A DNA stretch of 64,000 bases from an uncultured delta proteobacterium (GCA_963769935.1 CAVYNY010000028.1:32001-96000); one strand, 5' to 3'; numbered from the stretch's first letter, positions 10,075 through 20,097 are shown. The notes: generated by a model from the sequence alone, not told the origin. Numbers and translations: made by a program.

Positions 10075-11447
10075 AACGGCTCTTTCCGGTCTTGCTTCTT
10101 TTCTGCCTTTTGGTGAGAGTGGCTGAGGCAGCGGAAGAATACACTTTCAGCCTTTCGGAGATCGAAAAAAAACCATACCATGTTGGAGGCTATCTTGAAT
10201 TTCGGCCCGTTCTGTTCGGTGTGGACAAAAACGCTTCTTTATCCAAACTTAACCTCTTTGACAAAAATGTGGGGAACCCCTTCTTGGAATATAACGGGAG
10301 ACTCTGGATCGATGCAAATATCCAGAAAGGAATGGCCGGCTTTTATCTCCAGCTGAACACCGACTACCAGCAGTCCGATGTCGTTCCTGCAACCGCTGAG
10401 ATTACACCTTACCAGGCCTACCTTTCCCTCAAGCCGTCATCGTCGTTGACAATGGACATGGGGAAGAAAACTTCAAAGTGGGGTAAGGGCTACGCATGGA
10501 ATCCGGCGGCCTTTGTGGATAGACCCAAGGATCCGGACGACCCGGAGCTTGCCCTCCAAGGCTATGTGATCGCCTCGGCCGATTACATCAGGAGCTTTGC
10601 ATCGGGACCGCTCAAGACGTTCTCTTTTACGCCTGTCATATTGCCCGCATACGGGGACATCGATGACAACCTTATTTCTTTGAACCATAAAAACCCCAGA
10701 ATTGAAGCCGTATTGCCCGTGTACGGGGCCGTCAATGCCGACTTTGGAGAAACCGATCATCTCAATTTTGCCGCCAAGGCCTATTTCCTGCTCTACGATA
10801 CGGATATTGATTTCATGTTTCTTTCCGGAGGAAGCAAATCGCCTCGGTACGGTTTGGATTTCTCGAGAAACATCGGAACGAACCTCGAAGTGCATGGGGA
10901 ATTCGCCTTCATCAGCGACTTCCAAAAGATGCTGATCGATGCGAACGGGAACACGTTCCAGAAGACCTATAACGCGGTGAATTACGTTCTGGGGACACGG
11001 TACCTGAGCACCCTCAACACTACTTACATCTTCGAGTATTATTTCCAGGATACGGGTTATTCAAGTGGGGAGATGTCCGATTATTTTAAATTTATCGATG
11101 AGGGCTACGATATCTTTGTTTCGAGCGGGGATAGAAGGCCTCTATCCAAGGCAGCCGCCGTGACCCAGCAGGGCGGCTATGGGAGGTTCACGCCTGAAAG
11201 ACACTATCTCTATCTCAGGGCCAGTCAATCGGAACCCTTTGATATCCTCTATTTTACTCCTGCGCTCACTTGGATCTACAACCTAAGTGATAGGAGCTTC
11301 TCCCTCACGCCGGAGTTGCTGTACTCGCCGATCACAAACTTGGAGCTGCGGCTTAAAACGGGTTTTCTTGTGGGAACCAAAGACAGTGAATTTGGAGAGA
11401 AACAGAATGACTACCGGATAGAGCTCAGAGTCAGGTACTATTTTTAG
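10071..11447 (+). CDS. Putative outer-membrane beta-barrel protein
   Basis: Signal peptide, GKKTSKWGKGYAWNP, alternating aromatic strands, C-terminal ...LRVRYYF. Confidence 0.75.
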   Translation: MKRLFPVLLLFCLLVRVAEAAEEYTFSLSEIEKKPYHVGGYLEFRPVLFGVDKNASLSKLNLFDKNVGNPFLEYNGRLWIDANIQKGMAGFYLQLNTDYQQSDVVPATAEITPYQAYLSLKPSSSLTMDMGKKTSKWGKGYAWNPAAFVDRPKDPDDPELALQGYVIASADYIRSFASGPLKTFSFTPVILPAYGDIDDNLISLNHKNPRIEAVLPVYGAVNADFGETDHLNFAAKAYFLLYDTDIDFMFLSGGSKSPRYGLDFSRNIGTNLEVHGEFAFISDFQKMLIDANGNTFQKTYNAVNYVLGTRYLSTLNTTYIFEYYFQDTGYSSGEMSDYFKFIDEGYDIFVSSGDRRPLSKAAAVTQQGGYGRFTPERHYLYLRASQSEPFDILYFTPALTWIYNLSDRSFSLTPELLYSPITNLELRLKTGFLVGTKDSEFGEKQNDYRIELRVRYYF

Positions 11448-11473
11448 CAAAACCAATCAGGTTCTCTACTACC

Positions 11474-12613
11474 CTATAATAGAGCTCTCGCCAACCCCAT
11501 GCAGGCGCCACCAAGCACGAGCCACGTGGAGTTCACCTTGAACCGGAACAGAAGCAACGCAGAAACAAGAGCCATTGCAGCCGCGACAGGATCAATGATG
11601 GAAGATCTGGCCAGTTGCCAGGTCACGGCGGCCATCAAAGCGAGCGAAGCCACATTCACGCCGTCCAGCAGGCCGCTCACCCACTCCGACTTCCGCATGC
11701 GAGGAATCAGCGGATTGGAAATGGCGACAAAAATGAACGAGGGAAGAAAGATGCCAAGAGTCGCCAGAAGCGCCCCCGGTATGCCGCCAAGGATATAACC
11801 GATGAATGTGGCCGTTGTGAATACCGGTCCAGGCGTTACCTGTCCAATGGCGATGGCATCCATCAACTGCTGGTCGGTGAGCCAGCCGAAGCGTACAACC
11901 AAATCGGCCTGGAGGAAAGCCAGCAAAACGTATCCGCTTCCATACAGGACCGAGCCGATCTTGAGAAAAGTAAAAAATAACTTAGGAAGACTAAAGTTAA
12001 CGGCAACCTGCGACCCCATGCCGACCCCACTAATTGGAATAATAAAGGCTCCCAATCCCTGTCTTCTTAAGCGCTTATAGTTCAGGGCTATCATCACTAT
12101 CAATCCACCTGCTGAGAGCAGGATGATTTCATTGATGCCTACAAAATACAGGAGGATAACAATGACCGCGACCGCCGCAGTCAGCGGACCTTTGACAGCT
12201 TTCCGCCCCAAGCTTAAAAGGGCTTGTACGATAATTGCAATGACCACCGGCTTTATCCCGTACAGCAACCACTCGGCTTGCGGTGTGGCGCCAAAGCGTG
12301 CATACACCCATGCCAGCAGCAGAACGATAAACATGGCCGGTACGATGAAACATATTCCACCGATAATCAGCCCAAGCCATCGGGCTCGCAAAAAGCCGAT
12401 ATGAATTGCCATTTCGGTGGAATTCGGCCCGGGGATAAGATTGGTAGCGCCGACCAAATCAAGAAATTCTTGCTCTCCTAACCATTTGCGGCGTTTCACG
12501 GTTTCATCGTGCATCATGGCAATATGGGCTGCGGGACCTCCAAAGGCAGTCACACCCAGCTTAAGGAATAATCTGAGGACTTCGGCTAAATTTCGTGAAT
12601 ACGATGGAATCAC
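11474..12613 (-). CDS. chrA: Chromate ion transporter (long-chain CHR family)
   Basis: FLKLGVTAFGG, IPGPNSTE, FLKIGSVLYGSG, QVTPGP; probable GTG start at 12613. Confidence 0.93.
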   Translation of the reverse strand: MIPSYSRNLAEVLRLFLKLGVTAFGGPAAHIAMMHDETVKRRKWLGEQEFLDLVGATNLIPGPNSTEMAIHIGFLRARWLGLIIGGICFIVPAMFIVLLLAWVYARFGATPQAEWLLYGIKPVVIAIIVQALLSLGRKAVKGPLTAAVAVIVILLYFVGINEIILLSAGGLIVMIALNYKRLRRQGLGAFIIPISGVGMGSQVAVNFSLPKLFFTFLKIGSVLYGSGYVLLAFLQADLVVRFGWLTDQQLMDAIAIGQVTPGPVFTTATFIGYILGGIPGALLATLGIFLPSFIFVAISNPLIPRMRKSEWVSGLLDGVNVASLALMAAVTWQLARSSIIDPVAAAMALVSALLLFRFKVNSTWLVLGGACMGLARALL

Positions 12614-12614
12614 T

Positions 12615-12878
12615 TTACGTCCTCTTTGCCCGCGCTGGGGATCGGCGTTGAGTTTTAAAAGTCCCAAGCGCAATTGGACGAAAGCCCAATGACATCGAAC
12701 CATTTGCATGGCGTAATGTCACACCTTGTGTAAGACTCACCAAGCAGAGCTTGCCGCCAGGTATGAGTACCCGTCGAGCCTCGGAGATTGCCTCCCGCAT
12801 GTCTGTCTCCGGCAGGAGGTCAAGCACGTAAGTGGAGACGACGCGATCGACTGAATGATCGGGTAGCGGAAAATGCAT
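12615..12878 (-). pseudogene. Class I SAM methyltransferase C-terminal remnant
   Basis: PLPDHSVDRVVSTYVLDLL...EARRVLIPGGKL; motif I region missing. Confidence 0.7.
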
Positions 12879-13111
12879 GGAACCTTCTGATTGAGATACC
12901 TTAGAGAATTAGCCCTCAATCTTCATTGTCAAGCCTGCCATAGTTCCTAATATTCTGGACTACATAATTATATGAATTCAACTGTTAAATCCAAATCTTC
13001 GAGACGTGGCATTAAAGGATAATTATCCTACTTCTTAAATTCTGAATTCAATATACTCTGTCATCAGTCTTATATCTCACGCCCCCTAGTCTATGAACTT
13101 TGACCTATCAG

Positions 13112-13981
13112 CTATGAGCTCTTTTTCTGTCCTCTGCCTTCTGTCATCTTGTATTTCTCAGCCAGTTCCTCATAATATTTGGCTTCCTCCTCCCGCCCCC
13201 TCTTCCGGCAGCCGGCGGCGTAAACGGCGCATTTTTCCCGCAGGGTTCGGGCGGCCGCGCGGTGCTGCGACTCGGAAAGCCGTCCGTGGTCAATGATTTT
13301 CTTCAGCGATTGTATCCGGTATTTATCAAGCCCGGCCGCCTTCGAAAGCTGGTCTTCGTGCCCGCCCCGCTTTACGGTGAGAGGATCGTCAAGGAGATGG
13401 ACCGGATACCGGCAGCTGACGCGAAGCCACAAATCATAATCTTCGCAGGCCGGCAGGCGCTCGTCGAACAGGCCCACGGTGTCAAACAGCTTTTTTCTGA
13501 TCATGACCGCCGAAGGGCTGACCAGGCACAGGGCAAGCGAAGGCTCAAAAATCATGCCTGAAAATTTATGGTGCCGCTTTTTGGGGTTCACCCGGACCCC
13601 GCTGCGAATCCAGATTTCCTCCGTCTGGCAGATGAGGGCCTCCGGGTTGGCGTTAAAAAATTCGACCTGGCGGGACAATTTTTGCGGCTGCCAGAGGTCG
13701 TCCGAATCCAAAAAAGCAATCAAGGGTGCGCAGGCCTCGGCGATGCCCCGGTTGCGTGCGGCGCTGACACCCCGGTTGTCTTGCGATAAAACGATGATGT
13801 CGTTGTGATAGGCCTCAAGAATCTCCCGGGTATTGTCCGTGGAGCCGTCATCCACCACAATCAGTTCAAAGTCGTCAAAGTCCTGGGCCAGAACGGAAGC
13901 GACGGCCTCTCCGAGAATCCACCCGCGGTTGTATGCGGGGATGATGACGGATACTTTGGGGTTTCCGGTTCTTGTTTTCAT
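13112..13981 (-). CDS. Glycosyltransferase family 2
   Basis: VSVIIPAYN, VVDDGSTD, FLDSDD, EDYDLWLR; ATG at 13981 (longer ORF-track N-terminus is repeat-derived). Confidence 0.93.
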   Translation of the reverse strand: MKTRTGNPKVSVIIPAYNRGWILGEAVASVLAQDFDDFELIVVDDGSTDNTREILEAYHNDIIVLSQDNRGVSAARNRGIAEACAPLIAFLDSDDLWQPQKLSRQVEFFNANPEALICQTEEIWIRSGVRVNPKKRHHKFSGMIFEPSLALCLVSPSAVMIRKKLFDTVGLFDERLPACEDYDLWLRVSCRYPVHLLDDPLTVKRGGHEDQLSKAAGLDKYRIQSLKKIIDHGRLSESQHRAAARTLREKCAVYAAGCRKRGREEEAKYYEELAEKYKMTEGRGQKKSS

Positions 13982-14012
13982 AGCATATAAGCAGGAGAAC
14001 AGAGGCCAAAAG

Positions 14013-14296
14013 CCGGGAAGTTGAGAAGTTGAGAAGTAGGGAAGTTGGGAGGCTGCGAGCCTAATCCTCGAAGCCTTGTCAGGCATTCCGCGCCGTGCGC
14101 CGGCCATCTTTTTCCTTTATCCTTACAACTATCAACTATCAGCTATGAACTATCAACCGGCGCAACAGCGTCTTCCTGGCGCGATTTCCTTTAACCTTTG
14201 TCCTTTTGCCTTTTGCCTTTCACCTTAAACCATCTAGCGTTGGTAATTTACCCGTTGATATCAACCAATTCGCAATCCCCAATCGCAAATCCGAAA
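14013..14296. repeat. Intergenic patchwork of 8-mer and 7-mer tandem repeats
   Basis: (GRGAAGTW)n, (AACTATC/AGCTATG)n, (CCTTTNN)n, (AATCNNN)n visible directly. Confidence 0.8.
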
Positions 14297-17200
14297 TCAG
14301 ACCATCCTTTCAATCTGCTTCAGTTTATCCTGCAACCGCTTGGCGGATATCGGAACGGCGGTCTTCAGCTCCTGGGCGAATACGGACACCTTGTATTCCT
14401 CCAGCAGCCAGAAGTAGTCTTCTACGGCCCGGCGCTTTTCGGCGGTGGCGTTCGGGGTAAGCTCTTTTAGCAGCCGGTTCAATCCATCGGCGAACTTTTG
14501 GATTTCATTGACTTTGGCCTGGTCCTTTTCAAAATCCACCAGAGCGCGCTGGACCCGGATCATTATGGCTTTGACATATCTCTCAAGATGATTGAAGCGG
14601 TCTGCATCATAAAGTTCCACAAAATTTTCCGGAACCAGACGGACCAATTCGTCAACCGCCTCCGCCAAAAAAATTTGAGCCCTTGAATTATTGCGAAGGC
14701 TGCGCTGGAAATCATGAATCCGGCTTCGGGCACTGCGATAGGCGGATAAGACCGGCACTGTGCCGGCGAGCAAGTCTGTGCCGCTTGAGAGAATCTTCGG
14801 GCCGGCTGCTTCCGCCAGGGCGTAAAAGGCATTTTGCGTCCTTATGTTTTGGCGGAACATGCTTCGGATTAATTGCCGGTAAACCATCTTTTCAAATTTC
14901 CCGGCCCCGCCGAAAAAATCCGCCGGAAGGGATAGGTCGGCCGGCAATTTCAGCTGTCGCTTTAAAAATTTCAGGTCCTTTGAAAAATGAATCGTAAAAA
15001 GGGTCTCCACTCCCTCCGGGTGGGCCGCCAGGGCTTTTTCACGCTGCCGGAAAAGACGCAGGTTAACCCGGTTGGGCAGCGCCGGGTCCTTTTCCAGGGC
15101 CGGATAGCCGATCAATTGGGTCCCCTGTTGGCCGGTTTCGCCGATAAAATCGGGCAAGTCCCCAAAATCCCAGCGACTGACGTCAAATTTTTCCCATTTC
15201 CTGCTCAGCGCTGCAAATTCGTCGGATGCCGCCGGTTCTTCCACCGCATGGTACAAAATGGCCGAATCTCTACCGGCACGCACTTCCCGGCCGTCCGGTG
15301 CGGTGATCGAAATTCGCATCCTTAGATAATCAGGCAGGGATTGAACGGACCAGGCGGCAGCCGGGATATCGACGCCGAAGCGTTGATAAATGAAGTTCCC
15401 CAGAGAAGACATCAGCGAGGTTTCCGCCGGCGGCATTTCCCGGCAAATGATTTCGACCGTGTCTTTGACCGGTACCAGTTTTTTGCGATAGGTTTTGGGC
15501 AGCCCTTTTATTAAGGCTTCGATTTTTTCCGGATAAAGTCCGGGCACCAGCCAGTCCATGGCCTCCGGCGGCACGGAAGCGGCCAGGGTCGATGGAATCT
15601 TGACGGTAACGCCGTCGTCCGGGGCTCCCGGTTCAAAGGCATAAGCGCACTGGACCGCATGGCCTGCCAGATCAAGTTTATTCGGGAATTGCGCCAGTTC
15701 CGAAGCCGTGGGATCGTAATGGACCAGATCCTCCCTCTTCAGCCGCAAAAATTGATCATTGCCTTTTTGCTTTAAAAATTTTGCCAGCGTCCGAATATCA
15801 TAAATGTCCGGCAGTCTCTCCCGGTAATAATTGAACAATTCCGCTTCGCTGACCAGCAGGTCCCTGCGGCGCAAACGATTCTCAATATCTTTGATCCCAT
15901 CAATAAGCTCCTGGTTGTGTTTCATGAAGGCATAAGGCTTCTTGACATCGCCGTTTATCAGGGCGCTCCGAATAAAAATACCGGAAGCTTCGGCGGCGTT
16001 CACTGGGCCGTATGGCGCTTTTCTTTCCGGAACAATGATCAACCCGAAAAGGGATACCTGCTCCGAAGCCACCACCTCACCACGGTCTTTCTCCCAATGG
16101 GGATCGAGGTAGGTGTGTTTGCACAGGTCTTTACCCAGATCTTCCAGCCAGGAGCTGTCGATATTGGCCACCGTGCGGGCAAAAACCCTGGAGGTCTCAA
16201 CCACTTCCGCGGCCACAATCCAGTTCCCGGCTTTGTCGAATAACCCGGATCCGGGAAAGATCATCACCTCCCTGCCCCGCGCGGCTCGAAAAATATTTTT
16301 TTCCTTTTTGTGGGCAATGTTGGAAAGAAATCCACTCAGGACCGATTTATGGAGCGCCGCATATCTATCATCTGGAATTCCATCCTCCAATTTCCCGCTC
16401 CCGGCCTCCGGCTTCCGCATACCGCCTTTCGCATTCCATAATCCCTGCTCGGCCAGAACAGCCATTATTTGACTATGGATGTCTCTCCATTCCCGCATGC
16501 GTTTAAAGGATAGAAAGTGCTCCCGGCAGTAGCGCTTCATCTGGTTGCTGCTGTTAACTTTCTGCCAATGGGCATGATATCGATGCCAAAGGTTAAGCAG
16601 CGTCACGAAATCCGAACCCGGAACATCAAAGGTTTTATGCATCCGATCGGCTTCGCGGGTTTTTTCGGCCGGACGCTCTCTGGGGTCCTGAATGCTGAGG
16701 GCGGCGGCGATAATTGCAATCTCCGGAACGCAGCCCTCCTTTACGGCCTCAAGCAGCATGCGTGACAGCCGGGGATCCAGGGGAATCCCGGCCATCATCT
16801 GGCCCTTTTCCGTCAAAACAACCCGGTGACTATATTTTATCCCGGCCGCCGCTTCAGGTCCGGTTCCCGGCGCGCTTTGTTCTATGCGCTCTGCCCTTTG
16901 CGCTTGGCCCTCTGCCGGTTGCCTTGCGCCGTGCGCCTTGAGCCGATGCGTTATGGCTCCCAGTTCAAACAGCAGGTTAAACCCATCCTGGATGCTTTTT
17001 AAATCCGGGCGATCGATGAAGGGAAACTCGGCGATATCCCCGAGTCCCAAAGCAATCATCCGCAAAATAACTTCAGCTAAATTGGCCCGAATAATTTCCG
17101 GTTCTGTAAACTGGGGACGGGCAAGATAATCGTCTTCCGAAAATAGGCGCATGCACACGCCGTTTGCTACCCGGCCGCAGCGGCCCTTGCGCTGGTCGGC

Positions 17201-18391
17201 GCTGCTTTGTGAAACCGGCAATACCGGCAAAGACGTGGTGCGGGAACGCGGCGAATAGCGGGCGATTCTGGCCAGGCCCGAGTCGATGACATATTTAATC
17301 CCGGGGATGGTGATGGAGGTTTCCGCAACATTGGTGGCCACGATGATCTTGCGGTCCGGCAGACGGGCAAATACTCTGTTTTGCTCGTCGGCGGTCAACC
17401 TGGCAAACAACGGCAGCACCCGGATTCCGGCCGGCCGGCCGGCCTGAATTAATTCGCAGGTTTCGCGAATATCCTGTTCGCTGGGCATAAACACCAGGAT
17501 ATCCCCCCCGCGTGTCTGTTTCAAAAGCCTGAGGACAGCCGCCGCCGCCAGTTCAACATGGGTCTGTTCACCGTTGTCCTCCCGGTCAGTATCAGCAGAT
17601 AGATATTTAACTTCGACGGGATACATCCGCCCGGAAACTTCGATGACCGGGGCACCATCAAATACTTTAGAAAATTTTTCCGTGTCGATGGTGGCCGAGG
17701 TGATGATCAGTTTAAGGTCGGATCTTTTTTTCAGCAGGGTCTGTAAGATCCCCAGAATAAAGTCGATGTTCAGACTGCGTTCATGGGCTTCATCGACGAT
17801 GATCGTGTCGTAGGCGCTCAAAGAGTGATCGCTGTGGGTTTCCGCCAGCAGGATGCCGTCGGTCATAAACTTTATGTAACCATCTTTATCAGTTCGATCC
17901 TTGAACCGGATTTTATAACCAACCGCCTTGCCCGGCTCCTGCCCGAGTTCTTCGGCAACCCGGCGGGCAACGGTTGTCGCAGCGATCCGACGCGGCTGCG
18001 TACAGCCGATGACGCCGTCAATTCCCCGGCCGGCAGCCAGGCAGAATTTCGGCAATTGGGTCGACTTGCCGGAACCGGTCTCGCCGGACACAATGACCAC
18101 CTGATGGTCGGCGATGGCCTTGATGATCTCGTCCTTTTTGGCAAATATCGGCAACTCTTCATTGAACCGCAATTCGGGCAAATTTTCCCGGCGCCGGTTT
18201 CTTTTCTGCACGGATGCCAACAGGCGATTTTGCAGCCGATCGAATCTTTGCTCGAAATTTTGTTTTGATTCGGACTTTTTACTAGACTGCCGGAATCGCC
18301 TGATTTCACGATACGCCGCCAACCGATCGACCGCCATGGCCCCGGGCAAAAGGGATTCAATTTTTTTTATAAGATTTTTCTTAATTGCCAT
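14297..18391 (-). CDS. hrpA: ATP-dependent RNA helicase HrpA
   Basis: GETGSGKS, TQPRR, DEAH, SAT, QRKGRCGR and HrpA C-terminus (EEYKVSVFAQEL); 1364 aa. Confidence 0.97.
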   Translation of the reverse strand: MAIKKNLIKKIESLLPGAMAVDRLAAYREIRRFRQSSKKSESKQNFEQRFDRLQNRLLASVQKRNRRRENLPELRFNEELPIFAKKDEIIKAIADHQVVIVSGETGSGKSTQLPKFCLAAGRGIDGVIGCTQPRRIAATTVARRVAEELGQEPGKAVGYKIRFKDRTDKDGYIKFMTDGILLAETHSDHSLSAYDTIIVDEAHERSLNIDFILGILQTLLKKRSDLKLIITSATIDTEKFSKVFDGAPVIEVSGRMYPVEVKYLSADTDREDNGEQTHVELAAAAVLRLLKQTRGGDILVFMPSEQDIRETCELIQAGRPAGIRVLPLFARLTADEQNRVFARLPDRKIIVATNVAETSITIPGIKYVIDSGLARIARYSPRSRTTSLPVLPVSQSSADQRKGRCGRVANGVCMRLFSEDDYLARPQFTEPEIIRANLAEVILRMIALGLGDIAEFPFIDRPDLKSIQDGFNLLFELGAITHRLKAHGARQPAEGQAQRAERIEQSAPGTGPEAAAGIKYSHRVVLTEKGQMMAGIPLDPRLSRMLLEAVKEGCVPEIAIIAAALSIQDPRERPAEKTREADRMHKTFDVPGSDFVTLLNLWHRYHAHWQKVNSSNQMKRYCREHFLSFKRMREWRDIHSQIMAVLAEQGLWNAKGGMRKPEAGSGKLEDGIPDDRYAALHKSVLSGFLSNIAHKKEKNIFRAARGREVMIFPGSGLFDKAGNWIVAAEVVETSRVFARTVANIDSSWLEDLGKDLCKHTYLDPHWEKDRGEVVASEQVSLFGLIIVPERKAPYGPVNAAEASGIFIRSALINGDVKKPYAFMKHNQELIDGIKDIENRLRRRDLLVSEAELFNYYRERLPDIYDIRTLAKFLKQKGNDQFLRLKREDLVHYDPTASELAQFPNKLDLAGHAVQCAYAFEPGAPDDGVTVKIPSTLAASVPPEAMDWLVPGLYPEKIEALIKGLPKTYRKKLVPVKDTVEIICREMPPAETSLMSSLGNFIYQRFGVDIPAAAWSVQSLPDYLRMRISITAPDGREVRAGRDSAILYHAVEEPAASDEFAALSRKWEKFDVSRWDFGDLPDFIGETGQQGTQLIGYPALEKDPALPNRVNLRLFRQREKALAAHPEGVETLFTIHFSKDLKFLKRQLKLPADLSLPADFFGGAGKFEKMVYRQLIRSMFRQNIRTQNAFYALAEAAGPKILSSGTDLLAGTVPVLSAYRSARSRIHDFQRSLRNNSRAQIFLAEAVDELVRLVPENFVELYDADRFNHLERYVKAIMIRVQRALVDFEKDQAKVNEIQKFADGLNRLLKELTPNATAEKRRAVEDYFWLLEEYKVSVFAQELKTAVPISAKRLQDKLKQIERMV

Positions 18392-18493
18392 TGTTCAGCA
18401 GCATTGATAATTCTGAATTTATTCTGATTGAAAATTAAACAATTATAAAATATTAATAATCTATTTAAAGGATTAAAATCAAGTGATCGATCC

Positions 18494-18706
18494 GTTCAGG
18501 GTTCAAAGTTCAGGGTTGAACGGTTTTACTCCGGTATGCCAGGTTCTTTGTATTGATCAAGATTCGGAATATTCTACCTGCCCTTTTGGGTGAGATGGTT
18601 TCATTTGCATAATCAAGACAGAGCTCCTTTGAAATAGATTTTTTTTAATAACCAACCCTGAACGCTGAACCTTGAACCCTGAACCCCAACCCCTGAACCC
18701 AGAACC
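18494..18706. repeat. Element with inverted heptamer arms (GTTCAGG)n ... (CCTGAAC)n around a ~130-bp core
   Basis: 18494-18525 and 18654-18706 are reverse-complementary 7-nt arrays. Confidence 0.75.
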
Positions 18707-18735
18707 ATTCAACCTAGTTATAAAAGGAGCACGCC

Positions 18736-20082
18736 ATGAAATTCGTCGTTATTGGAGCAGATGCCGCCGGCATGAGCGCGGCGAGCCGCGCCAAACGCAA
18801 CCGCCCGGAGATGGATGTCACGGTCCTGGAAAAAACCCGGGATGTTTCATACAGCGCCTGAGGGATTCCCTATAATCTGGCGGCGCCGGAGAGAGACATC
18901 GAGGAATTGGTGGTTCGCAGAGCCGAAGTTTTCCGCGAAAAACAAAACATTAATTTGCTGACCGGCCATGGGGTTGAAAACATCGACCCGGGCCGACAGA
19001 CGGTATCCGGGGCAACCGCCGCCGGCAAGCCCTTTGAATTTCCCTATGACCGGCTGCTGATTGCCACGGGCTGCTCGGCTGTCATGCCCGCTGTCCCGGG
19101 CATTGATTTACCGGGCGTGCTGGCCGTCAAAAGCCTCGAGGACGGCCGCCAAATCAAGCATTTGCTAAAAGACAGGCAGCCTAAAAACGCCGTCCTCATC
19201 GGCATGGGCTACATTGCGCTTGAAATGTGCGAAGCACTGGTGCACCTGGGCGTCCAGGTCGATATGGTCAAGCCAGGTCCGCAATTTCTGCCCTGGCTGG
19301 AGCCTACCATGGCCCAGGCCGTTCGGGAGACCCTCGAATCCAGGGGGGTCGGTATATACGCCGGTTACGTGGTTGAGCGCATCGAAACAGCCGGATCCGG
19401 CAAAGGCCTGCAGGTGATCTGTCCCGACTTAACTCTTCACGGGGATCTTGTGATAGTGGCGGTCGGGGTCACCCCCAACAGCCGGATAGCCGAAGCGGCC
19501 GGTCTCAGCTTGAGTGTCGCCCAATCCATCTCTGTGGCACGCAATCTGCGGACATCCGACGAATTGATCTACGCGGCCGGTGATTGCGCCGACGCCTATC
19601 ATGTGGTCACCGGAGAAAAAACCTGGATTCCCCTGGCATTGCGCGCCAACCGGGCCGGCTGGGCGGCGGCGGATAATGTGTGCGGCGAGAAAGCGTCCCT
19701 GGACGGCGTCGCCGGCACCGCCGTGTTTCGCGTACTCGATTTTGAGGTCGCCCGCACCGGTCTGAACCTGCAGGAAGCGCAGGCCGCCGGTTTCGATCCG
19801 GTTGAAAACATGATCACGTCCGGCTCCAAGGCCCATGCCCATCCCGGCAATACCACCATATGGGTCAACATGATCGGTGATAAAAAATCCGGCCGCCTGC
19901 TGGGCGTGCAAATGATCGGCCGGGAAGGGGCGGCCCACCGCATCAACGGTCCGGCCGTGGCACTTCACGCCCGTATGACCGTCGAACAATACAGCCAGAC
20001 GGATCTGGCCTACGCCCCGCCCTTCGGGCCGACGTGGGACCCGACATTAACGGCAGCCAATCAGCTGCTCAAGAACCTGTAA
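18736..20082 (+). CDS. Selenocysteine-containing CoA-disulfide reductase / NADH oxidase-family flavoprotein (U42)
   Basis: AAGGAG RBS, ATG 18736, MKFVVIGADAAGMSAA; in-frame TGA 18859-18861 in SYSA-U-GIPY; frame continues into the ORF-track ORF; ends DLAYAPPF. Confidence 0.92.
18876..18890 (+). promoter_or_regulatory. Candidate bacterial SECIS hairpin
   Basis: TCTGGC-GGC-GCCGGA stem-loop 14 nt after the UGA, G-containing apical loop. Confidence 0.55.
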
Positions 20083-20097
20083 ATTATAGGAGGCGAA

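Noticed and set aside
13982..14107. ORF-track N-terminal extension of the GT2 gene (likewise VanZ 56951-57040)
   Set aside because: It translates intergenic tandem repeats; the recognisable domain starts at the downstream ATG.
14013..14296. Repeat tracts as a CRISPR array
   Set aside because: Units are 7-9 nt without spacers, and no cas genes are present.
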